Of a stretch of DNA of 64,000 nt, positions 1 to 10,026 are shown in pieces. The notes under the pieces are model-generated. The model did not search any database, had not been told where the DNA came from, and was given only the letters and a program-made list of their open reading frames with translations. Position numbers and translations under genes: made by a program. The stretch comes from Gammaproteobacteria bacterium (GTDB lineage: Bacteria > Pseudomonadota > Gammaproteobacteria > JBCCGL01): assembly GCA_965277715.1 (NCBI GenBank), contig OZ255836.1:3232001-3296000 (forward strand), given 5' to 3'. How positions within the stretch are numbered: position 1 is the stretch's first letter; each line of letters starts with the position of its first letter.

Positions 1-1225
1 CACCGAGCAGACGTTTGGTTTTCAGTGAAAAAATCGCCTTTAACATGCCCCCCCGCAAGCCCATGATTTGCCCGCGTGAGGTTTCAGACAAACGGGCAAC
101 ACCGCATTCATACGGAATTTTGCGCTTGCGTACTTCTTCCTCTGACATGCCGATGGTAGAAATTTCCGGCACTGAGTAAATACCATAGGGGAAGTGCTTA
201 GGTGAGTGGTGCACTTCCTGCCCCAGCGCATGGCAGGCGGCGATACGGCCCTGCTCCATTGAGGTTGACGCCAGGCTGGGAAAGCCAATCACATCGCCCA
301 CTGCGTAGATATGTTTCACATCGGTTTGAAAGCAATTGTTTACAGCGAGCTTGCCACGTGCATCGGCAACCAGGCCGCAGTTATCGAGCTGCAACTGTGC
401 GGTGGCACCGCTGCGCCCGGCGGCGTACAGCACCATATCCGATTTTACGGTGCGCATGCTCTCCAGTTGGGTAATGCATTTGCCCTCGCTGTCGATAGTG
501 ATGCCTTCAACATTTTCACCCAGGCGTAACGTCATACCGCGATAGCGCATATGATGAATAAAATCGTCGATCAACTCCTGATCGACGAACTGCAGAATTT
601 CTGACCGGCTTTCAATCAACGAGACACTGACATCCAGCGCGCTGAAAATAGTGGCGTATTCCACGCCGATAACGCCACCACCGACGACGGCAATCGAACC
701 AGGGATTTGTTGCAGGTTCAATATCTCATCACAATCGACAATTTGCCTGCCATTGAAGGGAATGCTTTTGGGTCGATAGGGCTGAGTGCCGGTGGCCAGT
801 ACAATAAACTCACCACAGTATTGTTGGCGCTCTTCATTTTCGCCGATAACTTCGACAGTGTGTGGGTCGACAAAATGCGCACGACCGCACACTGTGGTGA
901 CCTGGTTGCGGGCAAACTGGTGTTCGAGGGTTTCCACCTCGTGGTTGAGGGTGAGTTTTAGGCGTTGCAGTAGATCGCTCGCGGTGATGTCCTGCTTGAC
1001 ACGGTAGCTTCGCCCGTAAAATTCCCGCTCGCGCCAACCGGATAAATTCAACACCGTCTCACGCAATGTTTTGCTGGGAATAGTCCCGGTGTGCACGGAA
1101 ACCCCACCGACGCGGTGACCTTTTTCGATCACCACAACACGCTTGCCTAATTTGGCCGCCTGAATGGCAGCGCGGCGGCCACCGGGGCCACTACCTATAA
1201 TGACCAGATCGTATTTATTGTTCAT
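1..1225 (-). CDS. sthA: Soluble pyridine nucleotide transhydrogenase (partial, runs off window start; absent from the ORF track)
   Basis: Manual translation from ATG at 1225: MNNKYDLVIIGSGPGGRRAAIQAAKLGKRVVVIEKGHRVGGVSVHTGTIPSKTLRETVLNLSGWRER. FAD GxGxxG motif, HTGTIPSK instead of the CxxxxC of dihydrolipoamide dehydrogenase, and a later VVGGGVIGVEYA NAD motif. Confidence 0.9.
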   Translation of the reverse strand, partial: MNNKYDLVIIGSGPGGRRAAIQAAKLGKRVVVIEKGHRVGGVSVHTGTIPSKTLRETVLNLSGWREREFYGRSYRVKQDITASDLLQRLKLTLNHEVETLEHQFARNQVTTVCGRAHFVDPHTVEVIGENEERQQYCGEFIVLATGTQPYRPKSIPFNGRQIVDCDEILNLQQIPGSIAVVGGGVIGVEYATIFSALDVSVSLIESRSEILQFVDQELIDDFIHHMRYRGMTLRLGENVEGITIDSEGKCITQLESMRTVKSDMVLYAAGRSGATAQLQLDNCGLVADARGKLAVNNCFQTDVKHIYAVGDVIGFPSLASTSMEQGRIAACHALGQEVHHSPKHFPYGIYSVPEISTIGMSEEEVRKRKIPYECGVARLSETSRGQIMGLRGGMLKAIFSLKTKRLLG

Positions 1226-1466
1226 TGGCTCGCTTCAGGGCGTTTTTGAATAAATAGCTATAGCGACAGGCGAGGGACAAACCATGAGCGCTATTTACAC
1301 ACAATCGTTTACTGTGTGGTTCACGTATCCGCCTTCATTGCGAATTATTTGTTCAAATGCTGGTTCAAAGTTAGCCATACCCTCTCCCTATTTAAAGTGG
1401 TGTTACTACCCTATTTATAATACGCTCTTATAAATAACTGACAAGTTTCTAATCAAAAGGCCCATT

Positions 1467-2480
1467 TTGAGCAACCCCATTTTAGTGAATACCTGGCGTG
1501 GCGAGGTGATTGAAAACCGCCATCGCGGCGCAGTAGTTGTGTGTGATCCGCGTGGCCGGGTGGTGATGTCATTGGGCAATGTCGAAGCACTGGTTTACCC
1601 GCGCTCGTCAATCAAGGCACTACAGGCGATCCCGCTGGTGGAATCGGGCGCTGCCGATCATTTTGAGGTGAGTGAAGCCGAGCTGGCGATGGCCTGTTCC
1701 TCGCACGGCGCTGAGCCACTGCACACACAAACAGTCAACAACTGGCTGGCACGCATCGGTCTCGACCACACATCACTGGCGTGTGGTGCACACGCACCCC
1801 TGCACGCAAAGACGGCTGAGGCAATGGTCGCCAATGGGGTGAGCGCAAACCGCAGCCACAACAACTGCTCGGGTAAACACACCGGTATGCTGACCACAGC
1901 GCGCTTTTTTGGCGAGCAGGTGCAGGGTTACATTGAGCGTGAACACCCTGCCCAGCAACGCTGGTTTGATGTATTAGGGGATATGTCAGGGGTCGATATG
2001 CGCCAATTGCCCAGTTGTTTTGACGGCTGCGGCATTCCGGTTATCGCCATGCCACTGGCTTCTGTGGCCACGGCATTTGCCCGCTTTGCCGTGCCCGACG
2101 ATTTGCCGCAAACACGTGCGCTGGCCATCCAGCGCATTGCCCAGGCGATTGCCGCGCACCCGTTTATGGTGGCGGGTACAGGTCGTTTGTGCACAGAATT
2201 GATGGACGTCAGTGGCCCCAAGGTGATGGTCAAGACAGGTGCCGACGGTGTATTCGCCGCCGCCCTACCAGAAAAGGGTCTGGGTATTGCGTTAAAAATT
2301 GACGACGGCTCGCGTGAAGCATCAGAAGTGGCATTGATCGCCTGCCTACAACACCTAAACGCATTGTCTGAGGATGACCTGACCAGGTTGCAGGCGCGGT
2401 GGCAGATGCCAATTGTCAATACGCGTGGTATCGTTACCGGCCACCGGAAATCAGCAGCGGTGTGGAATATTCAAGCGTAG
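1467..2480 (+). CDS. L-asparaginase II (Rhizobium AnsA/ReAV type)
   Basis: RSSIK, CSSH, HNNCSGKHTGML, DGCG and KTGADG motifs. Confidence 0.88.
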   Translation: MSNPILVNTWRGEVIENRHRGAVVVCDPRGRVVMSLGNVEALVYPRSSIKALQAIPLVESGAADHFEVSEAELAMACSSHGAEPLHTQTVNNWLARIGLDHTSLACGAHAPLHAKTAEAMVANGVSANRSHNNCSGKHTGMLTTARFFGEQVQGYIEREHPAQQRWFDVLGDMSGVDMRQLPSCFDGCGIPVIAMPLASVATAFARFAVPDDLPQTRALAIQRIAQAIAAHPFMVAGTGRLCTELMDVSGPKVMVKTGADGVFAAALPEKGLGIALKIDDGSREASEVALIACLQHLNALSEDDLTRLQARWQMPIVNTRGIVTGHRKSAAVWNIQA

Positions 2481-2516
2481 TTGAGAAAAACCTTTAACCC
2501 TTCAACGGGAGTTGTC

Positions 2517-3053
2517 ATGCAAGAAACAGTCGTATTAACCGTCGTGGGAAAAGACCGCCCCGGTATCGTCAAACAAATATCGGCGGTGGTCAGTGAGCAC
2601 GGTGGCAATTGGCACGAGAGCCGTATGGCCTTGTTGGCCGGTCAGTTTGCCGGTTTGATGCGTGCGCAGGTGCCCATCGGCTGTTATAACGATTTATGCC
2701 GTGCGCTGGATGCGTTGTCCCGTGATGGTTTGCAGGTTACTGTGGTTAGGGATGCGGCGGTGGAAGCACCCGCTTCAGAGGCCCTGCAAAAGCTCAGTCT
2801 CGATGTGACGGGTAATGACCGCGCTGGCATTCTGCGGGATATTTCTACTGTCCTGGCACAGCATGGCGTCAATGTGGAAGAGCTGGATACCGAGGTGTCG
2901 CCTGCGCCAATGTCGTCGCATACGCTGTTTAAAGCCTCAGCAAAGCTCAATGCAGCGCCGGATCTCGATCTGGATATACTCCAGGATGCGCTGGAAACGC
3001 TTTCACACGATTTGATTATTGAGTTGGGTGTGCAGCGGCGTGTAGGTAGTTAG
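2517..3053 (+). CDS. GcvR-like double ACT-domain protein
   Basis: Two ACT repeats (LTVVGKDRPGIV, LDVTGNDRAGIL); ATG at 2517 follows a GGGAG RBS. Confidence 0.85.
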   Translation: MQETVVLTVVGKDRPGIVKQISAVVSEHGGNWHESRMALLAGQFAGLMRAQVPIGCYNDLCRALDALSRDGLQVTVVRDAAVEAPASEALQKLSLDVTGNDRAGILRDISTVLAQHGVNVEELDTEVSPAPMSSHTLFKASAKLNAAPDLDLDILQDALETLSHDLIIELGVQRRVGS

Positions 3054-3136
3054 TTTCGGGGGTTGTGGGGTTTCGCTCGCGGTGTTCTGGTGTTTTTTTA
3101 ACCCTTTACAGAGCAAGCAAGTCAGGTACAGGCCGT

Positions 3137-3255
3137 GAGAATACCTCGCTACTTAATACAGGTGTCGGCAACTGCTCCTGCGTTGCTCTATCTCCTGTAT
3201 CCATACAGTCGTACGCCAACTGTTTCTGTGGAAAAGGTAGGCTGATGCTGATTGC
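3137..3255 (-). repeat. ~119-bp dispersed repeat, copy 1 (inverted copy at 18029-18146)
   Basis: Core ACAGGTGTCGGCAACTGCTCCTGCGTTGCTCTA-TCCTGTATCCATACAGTCG-ACGCCAACTGTTTCTGTGGAAAA is near-identical to the reverse complement of 18029-18146. Confidence 0.9.
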
Positions 3256-3283
3256 ATTGCAATTCGTTTTAATCGAATCACTA

Positions 3284-3958
3284 TCAATTCTCAAGTTCTC
3301 GCCCAGGTAGTTGAGAATACTCTAAGTCTTTACAAAAATAGTGGTCGAGCAGTTCGTGTGCGTCGTCAAGCCCGGTTTTTTTTGTGGCGGAAAACAGTTG
3401 CAGTGTCGCCTCGATAGCGTTGGTTTCAAGTGATGCCTGGGTGGCGAATAAGACTTTCATCGCTTCGTTGCGGCTCAGTTTGTCGGCTTTGGTGAGTAGG
3501 CAGTGTAAGTCGACGGCGGAGGCGTGACACCATTCGATGAGTTGCCAATCGTAGGGGGTTAGCGGGTGACGACAGTCCATAACGATAATCAGGCACTTTA
3601 ACGATTCGCGCTTTTGCAGGTAGGTTTCCAGGTTTTTTTGCCACTGTTGTTGTACTTTTGCCGGTACTTTGGCGTAGCCATAGCCAGGCAGGTCGACCAG
3701 GTAATGGGCTGTATCGAGCGCAAAATAATTGATTAGCTGTGTGCGTCCCGGTGTTTTGCTGGTGCGTGCAAGCCGTTTTTGCCGGGTAATAGAATTAATC
3801 GCGCTGGATTTTCCGGCGTTTGAGCGCCCGGCAAACGCCACCTCTACTGTACTGTCATCTGGACATTGGGCGAGCTTTGCAGCGCTGGTGGCAAAACGCG
3901 CATTGTGATAGGTGGGGTTGGGCATGGTGCGTGTCAGATTTACTGTGTAGTGCGCCAT
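3284..3958 (-). CDS. engB: Ribosome biogenesis GTPase EngB/YihA (true start may be ATG 3925)
   Basis: GRSNAGKSS, SKTPGRTQ, DLPGYG and TKAD motifs. Confidence 0.95.
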   Translation of the reverse strand: MAHYTVNLTRTMPNPTYHNARFATSAAKLAQCPDDSTVEVAFAGRSNAGKSSAINSITRQKRLARTSKTPGRTQLINYFALDTAHYLVDLPGYGYAKVPAKVQQQWQKNLETYLQKRESLKCLIIVMDCRHPLTPYDWQLIEWCHASAVDLHCLLTKADKLSRNEAMKVLFATQASLETNAIEATLQLFSATKKTGLDDAHELLDHYFCKDLEYSQLPGRELEN

Positions 3959-4116
3959 TATGGCATGGAAACGCGGGTGATCCTTTAATCCCGTTCAACA
4001 TCATCTGGGCAGGGTTGCATTATCTCTGATAAAATTAACTGTTTATGTTGGCGATTTGCCTGTAGAAGGCGTGTGGCTGATATGACGATTTACCTCTATA
4101 GAATGGCGGAGTTTGT

Positions 4117-4728
4117 GTGATGAAGAATTTGGTTTTGCTCGGTTTTGCTGTGCTGCTGGCAGGCACAGGTGCGGCGATGGCGGCGGGTGATCCGGTGGCC
4201 GGAAAGGCAAAAACAGCGGCCTGTGCCGCGTGCCACAATGCAGACGGTAATGCCACGATTGCGGTCAACCCCAAGCTGGCCGGGCAGCACGCCGCTTATC
4301 TGGCCAAACAAATCCGCAATTTTATCAGCGGAGAACGCGTGGATAACATGATGATGTCAATGGTCAGCAACCTCAGCGAGCAGGATATAGACGATATCGC
4401 AGCCTACTATTCACAACAAAAACCAGCGCCAGCAGCAGTTGCCAGTGAAGAAAAACTGGACTTGGGTGAAGCGATCTATCGCGGTGGTATTACCTCGGTT
4501 GGCGTGGCGGCGTGCATTGCCTGTCACGGGCCTGGTGGCAATGGCAACCCGGCGGCAGGGTACCCCATGTTGTCAGGCCAGAATGCCGCGTATACCGCAA
4601 AGACACTGGGGGCTTTTCGTAACGGCACACGTGCCAATGACGCCAACAGTGTGATGCGCGCACTGGCTAAGCGCATGACTGACGAGGAAATTCAGGCGGT
4701 AAGCAATTACATTCAGGGCCTGAACTGA
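4117..4728 (+). CDS. Di-heme cytochrome c4
   Basis: Signal peptide; two CxxCH motifs (CAACH, CIACH); divergent from engB. Confidence 0.93.
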   Translation: MMKNLVLLGFAVLLAGTGAAMAAGDPVAGKAKTAACAACHNADGNATIAVNPKLAGQHAAYLAKQIRNFISGERVDNMMMSMVSNLSEQDIDDIAAYYSQQKPAPAAVASEEKLDLGEAIYRGGITSVGVAACIACHGPGGNGNPAAGYPMLSGQNAAYTAKTLGAFRNGTRANDANSVMRALAKRMTDEEIQAVSNYIQGLN

Positions 4729-4876
4729 GTTGCACAGGAGAGGGGGTGCTTTCCACCCCCTTATAGGGTTATCACCTATAACAGCCTGCCCAAACAGCAG
4801 GTTTGAAAACCACTTCAGGGTATCGGCTTTGAGTTCAGCCAGGCGTAGCTCAAGAGACTCTCTACGATAGTGCAAC
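4729..4876 (+). ncRNA. Putative structured intergenic RNA or folded miniature element (multi-hairpin junction)
   Basis: Closing stems GTTGCAC/GTGCAAC and GGAGAG/CTCTCT enclose five hairpins; G-U pairs form on the + strand. Confidence 0.45.
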
Positions 4877-4918
4877 CCTGATTAACACAATAGCGAATCA
4901 TCCGGTCGCCTATTTAGA

Positions 4919-6973
4919 TTGATTGCATTGACTATATCCACACATCCAAAGCCTTCAGTAACACCGCGCAAGCGACCCATCGGCAAAGTATTGCTGGCTT
5001 TTCTGGGATCGATGAATCTGGCTATCAGCCTGCTGGTGGCAATTGCTATCGCCTCGGCAATTGGGACTATCCTGCAACAAAATCAACCCTACAACGACTA
5101 CATCATCAAGTTTGGCCCCTACTGGTTTGAAGTGTTTGCAGCACTGGATTTGTACGATGTGTATTCCGCCAGTTGGTTTTTGGGGATTATGGGGTTTTTA
5201 CTGCTATCGACCTCGGTTTGCGTTTACCGCAATACACCCAAAATGCTGCACGAGATGCGTAGCTGGCGTGAGAATGTACAGTTTAACTCGCTTCAGTCCT
5301 TTGCCAACAGCAGGCACTGGTCAGTGGCGGCATCCCCCGCGTCGGCGGCGGAGACTATCGCCCGTCTACTGCGGCAACGCGGCTACCAAATTCGCCGTGA
5401 AATCAAACCAGACAGTGAGGCCGGGGATGCCCAGCTACTCATTGCGCGCAAAGGCGGGCTAAACCGTATCGGCTACATCCTCACCCATGTCGCTATTGTC
5501 ATTATTTGTGTGGGTGGCCTGCTGGATAGCCGCCTGCCGTTCAAGGTTGGCGAATGGTTTGGGTATTTGCAGGCTGAAGTGCGCAATATTCCCGCTTCAG
5601 AAGTACCGGCTATCAGCCGCCTGCCGGTATGGAACCCTTCATTTCGTGGCAGTGTCGAGGTGCCGGAAGGGCAGCAGGCTGAAATTGCCTTTGTCAGTCT
5701 GCGTGATGGGTATTTGGTACAGGCACTGCCGTTTAGTATCGAGGTGGTGGACTTTCGTGTCGAACACCACCTCACCGGGCAGCCCAAATCGTTTGAAAGC
5801 GATTTGCTGATTTATGACGATGACCTCGCCGAGCCTTTACAGGCGACAATTGCCGTTAATCACCCGTTGATTCACAAAGGCTACGCCATTTACCAATCCA
5901 GCTTTGGCGACGGTGGTTCCGCCTTGCGAATGAGATTGTGGTCACTCGATGGCAGCACGGTCACGCCACACATCGTCGAATCCCAGGTCGATAAGGTACA
6001 AACCGTTGCCGATCGCGACGGTGACAAACAACTCGAATTTACCGATTTACGCCTGTTTAACATTAACCCGGTGGAAGGTGAAGACGGCAAAATCGAACAG
6101 CGTAACTTTGGGCCGAGTATGTTGTTTCGGGTGCGCAATGCAGCCGGGCAGGCACGGGAGTATTTCAACTATATGGCCCCGGTAACGCAAAATGGGCAGC
6201 AAGTATTTTTGAGTGGTATGCGCCAGTCACCTGCTGACCCATACCGTTTTTTGCATATCCCTGTTGACCGGCAGGGTGGTATTGGCCGGTTTATTGCCTT
6301 TATGCACAAAGCCCATGACCGCGACCTCATTGAGGCGCTGGCTGAAAACTCGGTATTCGCATCAATGCAGGCATCGGGGCTGGTAAAAGGTGATGCCGCT
6401 GAGGCCCTGTTAGGCTCGATGAGTACATTGGTACAGCAGTTTCTTGAAGGGGGCTTCGACAGTGTATTTGAAAACGTGGCGCAGCGCGTACCGGAAGATC
6501 AGCGTGAGCAGGTGTTTGGCGCCTATGTGCGCGTGCTGCAAACCCTGTTTGCGGCGGTCTACCGTGAAGTATTGGAGGAGGAGGGTATCGACCAGACGAG
6601 TGACGAAGACCTGCGTTGGTTTGATGCCGCACTGAGCGCGATTAGCGCGCTGCCCCATTACGGCACGCCTTTTTATCTGCAACTGGAGGGGTTTGACCAG
6701 GTACAGGCCTCTGGTTTGCAAATCACCCTATCACCGGGCAAAAATATCGTTTACCTGGGGTGCGCGCTATTGATTATTGGGGTGTTTATGCTGTTTTATA
6801 TTCAACAGCGCCGCTTGTGGGTATGGTTGCGCCCATCGGCTGCAGGCAGCGATGTGTTACTTGCCGGTAGCAGCCTGCGGCCCTCGCTGGACTTTGACCG
6901 GGAATTTGCCCAGTTGTCTGCGGGCCTGCACTACTATACAAGCGGTGATGAGGCCCCATTAACACAGACTTAG
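4919..6973 (+). CDS. resB: System II cytochrome c biogenesis protein ResB/Ccs1
   Basis: LGSMNLAISLL..ASAIGT..Q, DVYSASWF, GYILTH, VNHPL..GY.IYQSSF, SGLQIT.SPG motifs. Confidence 0.92.
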   Translation: MIALTISTHPKPSVTPRKRPIGKVLLAFLGSMNLAISLLVAIAIASAIGTILQQNQPYNDYIIKFGPYWFEVFAALDLYDVYSASWFLGIMGFLLLSTSVCVYRNTPKMLHEMRSWRENVQFNSLQSFANSRHWSVAASPASAAETIARLLRQRGYQIRREIKPDSEAGDAQLLIARKGGLNRIGYILTHVAIVIICVGGLLDSRLPFKVGEWFGYLQAEVRNIPASEVPAISRLPVWNPSFRGSVEVPEGQQAEIAFVSLRDGYLVQALPFSIEVVDFRVEHHLTGQPKSFESDLLIYDDDLAEPLQATIAVNHPLIHKGYAIYQSSFGDGGSALRMRLWSLDGSTVTPHIVESQVDKVQTVADRDGDKQLEFTDLRLFNINPVEGEDGKIEQRNFGPSMLFRVRNAAGQAREYFNYMAPVTQNGQQVFLSGMRQSPADPYRFLHIPVDRQGGIGRFIAFMHKAHDRDLIEALAENSVFASMQASGLVKGDAAEALLGSMSTLVQQFLEGGFDSVFENVAQRVPEDQREQVFGAYVRVLQTLFAAVYREVLEEEGIDQTSDEDLRWFDAALSAISALPHYGTPFYLQLEGFDQVQASGLQITLSPGKNIVYLGCALLIIGVFMLFYIQQRRLWVWLRPSAAGSDVLLAGSSLRPSLDFDREFAQLSAGLHYYTSGDEAPLTQT

Positions 6974-7076
6974 CGTAAAAATTACCGCAGATTACAAGCT
7001 GGCTATTGTTGTACACTTTTGGGTATGGTCATTATCCAATGCCTATTATGCAGCGGTGCTGTAGTGGAGAAATATT

Positions 7077-8252
7077 ATGTCAACCAGTCAAAGCGCGCTT
7101 ATTGACGCATTTGATCAACCCCGGTTTTACCGGCGCCTGAATCTGCTCGATGGGTGCTGGGCACTGCTGTTGCTGGTAGTAACTGCCTATGTGTGGGTGC
7201 AGTATGGTGCGGCAATGGATGGCTACGAGCTGACTATTCTGGCAGGCACAGCGATCGCATTGTGTTTTTTTGGCTGGTACTGGAAACCCATACGCCTGTT
7301 TCTGGTGGCGGTCTCGCTGCTGAGCCTGTTGGCAATTTATCTATACAGCGGTGACCTGGCCGCCGCCGACAAAAACTTCTTTCTGAAATACTTTTTCGCC
7401 AGCCAATCGGCGGTGATGTGGATGAGCGCACTGTTTGTGCTGGCCACCGCGAGCTACTTTTTTGGCTTGATTATCGGCTCAGAATTCAGCGCAAAAGCAG
7501 CCTCCTCAATGACCTGGTGTGCGGCGGCGATGGGCTTGATTGGCCTGCTGGTGCGTTGGCGCGAGTCTTATATGATTCATGTCGATGTCGGGCACATTCC
7601 CGTCAGTAATCTGTACGAAGTCTTTATACTGTTTTGCCTGATCACCGCCCTGATGTACCTCTATTACGAGCAGCGTTATAAAAACCGGCAAATGGGGGGA
7701 TTTGTACTATTGGTTATCGCGGCTGCGGTGGGGTTTATTCTCTGGTATACCTTTGGCCGTGGCGCCCATGAAATTCAACCACTGGTGCCCGCCCTACAAA
7801 GCTACTGGATGAAAATTCATGTGCCGGCCAATTTCATTGGTTACGGTGCATTTGCCCTCTCGGCTATGGTCGGTGTCGCCTACCTGTTGCGGGTACAGCT
7901 TGAGCGTGGCGGCTCTTCTGTTATTGCAGCGCGACTGCCGGAACTGGAGCAGCTCGATGATGTCATGTATAAGTCCATCGCGCTCGGCTTTGCTTTTTTT
8001 ACCATCGCCACTGTGCTCGGTGCCATGTGGGCGGCGGAAGCCTGGGGCGGCTACTGGTCGTGGGATCCCAAAGAGACCTGGGCATTAATCGTCTGGTTAA
8101 ACTACGCGGCGTGGTTACATATGCGCCTGACCAAAGGTCTACGTGGTGTACCAATGGCGTGGTGGTCGATTGTTGGCCTGTTTGTTACCCTGTTTGCCTT
8201 TTTAGGGGTCAATATGTTCCTCTCTGGTCTGCACTCTTACGGTGAGTTATAG
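7077..8252 (+). CDS. ccsA: System II cytochrome c synthase CcsA/ResC
   Basis: WWD motif WAAEAWGGYWSWDPKETW, LQSYWMKIHV, C-terminal GLHSYG. Confidence 0.95.
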   Translation: MSTSQSALIDAFDQPRFYRRLNLLDGCWALLLLVVTAYVWVQYGAAMDGYELTILAGTAIALCFFGWYWKPIRLFLVAVSLLSLLAIYLYSGDLAAADKNFFLKYFFASQSAVMWMSALFVLATASYFFGLIIGSEFSAKAASSMTWCAAAMGLIGLLVRWRESYMIHVDVGHIPVSNLYEVFILFCLITALMYLYYEQRYKNRQMGGFVLLVIAAAVGFILWYTFGRGAHEIQPLVPALQSYWMKIHVPANFIGYGAFALSAMVGVAYLLRVQLERGGSSVIAARLPELEQLDDVMYKSIALGFAFFTIATVLGAMWAAEAWGGYWSWDPKETWALIVWLNYAAWLHMRLTKGLRGVPMAWWSIVGLFVTLFAFLGVNMFLSGLHSYGEL

Positions 8253-8313
8253 CCGTTGTGCACGAATAGAGATGTGTTATATACAATTAGTCAATAAGTG
8301 GAGTTTATGAAAA

Positions 8314-8934
8314 ATGGTTAAATTTATACGGCGTTTAGCGGTTGCCCTGTGTGTCAGTAGTATATTGACTGCGGGCGCGATGGCGGCAGAGGGTTATCGG
8401 GACGTTTCACCGCCCCAACCGACCGACGGTAACGGCAAAATCGAGGTACTGGAGTTTTTCTGGTTTGGTTGCCCACACTGCTATCAATTTCACCCCGTAT
8501 TGGAAGAGTGGAAAAAAACCCTGCCGGATGATGTCGTGTTCCGCCCGGTGGCAGCGGTACTAAACCCCTCGTGGGTAAATCACGCACGCGCCTACTTTGC
8601 AGCAGAAATACTGGGCGTGGTGGATAAAATCCATACCCCCCTGTTCGATGAGCTCCACAAAAACAAAAAACGTATTTTCAAACTCGATGACCTCGCCGAT
8701 TTTGCTGAAAAGCAAGGCATCGAGCGCAAAAAATTCCTCGATACGATGAAGTCATTTGCAGTGGAAACCAAGCTGCGCCGTTCGCAACAACTGGCGGGGG
8801 CCTATAAAATCACGGGTGTGCCGACTGTCGTGATAGCCGGTAAGTACATTACCTCGGCCTCGTTGGCAGGAAGCTATCCGCAAGTTATTCAAGTGATGAA
8901 TCAATTAATCGAAAAAGAGCGGGCAGGTAACTAG
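8314..8934 (+). CDS. dsbA: Thiol:disulfide interchange protein DsbA
   Basis: Signal peptide, EFFWFGCPHC, GVP cis-Pro loop. Confidence 0.93.
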   Translation: MVKFIRRLAVALCVSSILTAGAMAAEGYRDVSPPQPTDGNGKIEVLEFFWFGCPHCYQFHPVLEEWKKTLPDDVVFRPVAAVLNPSWVNHARAYFAAEILGVVDKIHTPLFDELHKNKKRIFKLDDLADFAEKQGIERKKFLDTMKSFAVETKLRRSQQLAGAYKITGVPTVVIAGKYITSASLAGSYPQVIQVMNQLIEKERAGN

Positions 8935-8947
8935 AGGGCGTTAATCT

Positions 8948-9862
8948 ATGCAGCAAGCCCGCCATAAAGACCTCAGTGCACTGCTCGACTTTTATATCGG
9001 GCAGCGCGATAACCTGCCTGAGGATTTTACCTACAGCCAGGGATTGATCGATAAGCCCTGTTTTTTTACCGTTAAAGACCTGCAAAACCACCTCAATAAC
9101 CCTTTGCTGAGGCCTGAATGGGTACATATCAAAACAGCGGGGCGCGATGTCCTGCTGGATTCTGTGCTGTTGAAAAAAATTGTACAGCGCAGGCCTTTAC
9201 AGTTTATCGATAAAGAAAAAATTAACCAGGAACTGGGCAAGGGGTGTGCCGTTGTACTGGAGGGTCTGGATATTCTCGACCCGGAAATCAATGCGTTTTG
9301 TGCACAACTGGATAACAAACTGCCGTGTGGCCTGTCCAATAGCGTGGCGTTTTTCTCTCAGGCTAATAATGAAGCTTATCTAGGCCACTGTGATTCAGAC
9401 GACGTACTGGTGGTACAGCTGGCCGGTGCAAAAACCTGGCATTTGTTTGCACCGCAGCAAAGGCGGTACTTTGGCACTCAGAATTTAAACGACAGCAAGC
9501 TCGGCCCGGTTAAGCACGCCATTACCCTACAACCGGGTGATGCGCTGTATGTAAGGGCTGGCGTGCCACACCGCTGTATCACTGAAGGTGAGTTCAGCTT
9601 GCATATGTCATTTGATTTAATCGACAGAACTCCCGGCGTTGACTACATCACCCAGGAGGCTAACAAGCGCTATGGTCATGCCTGCGAGCTGCCTTATGCA
9701 CCAGGGGCAAAGGTGGTGGACAAATATATGAAAATCTTGCAATCGTCTGAATTTCGCTCCGAACTCAGTGCAAAAACCCTAAAAACGCGTATGGAGCTGG
9801 CTGATTTTCGCAAGTGCCTGGGTCGGTCTTCGGGTGTGCAAAACCTATCAAAATTTATGTAA
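8948..9862 (+). CDS. JmjC/cupin-family 2OG-Fe(II) oxygenase
   Basis: HxD (GHCDSDD) ... VQLAGAKTW ... LQPGDALYV.AGVPH. Confidence 0.8.
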   Translation: MQQARHKDLSALLDFYIGQRDNLPEDFTYSQGLIDKPCFFTVKDLQNHLNNPLLRPEWVHIKTAGRDVLLDSVLLKKIVQRRPLQFIDKEKINQELGKGCAVVLEGLDILDPEINAFCAQLDNKLPCGLSNSVAFFSQANNEAYLGHCDSDDVLVVQLAGAKTWHLFAPQQRRYFGTQNLNDSKLGPVKHAITLQPGDALYVRAGVPHRCITEGEFSLHMSFDLIDRTPGVDYITQEANKRYGHACELPYAPGAKVVDKYMKILQSSEFRSELSAKTLKTRMELADFRKCLGRSSGVQNLSKFM

Positions 9863-10026
9863 TCGTACCAAAACACATATTTGTAATATGAGTATGCCGT
9901 GTAGTTCTTTGCTACCGGGTTTAAGGAAATGGTCTAATCTTAAGTTATTTAGTACACCGCCTACCTTAATTGATGGGTACAGTTAAAGTAGACGGTTTAC
10001 CAGCTTGAGTATATGGAGCTCATTGT

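Noticed and set aside
40-1037. Short ORFs listed in the first kilobase
   Set aside because: All overlap sthA, which the track missed because its stop lies outside the window
9863-10026. SAM/SAH/cobalamin riboswitch upstream of bmt
   Set aside because: No conserved aptamer motifs recognised by eye; an Rfam scan would settle it
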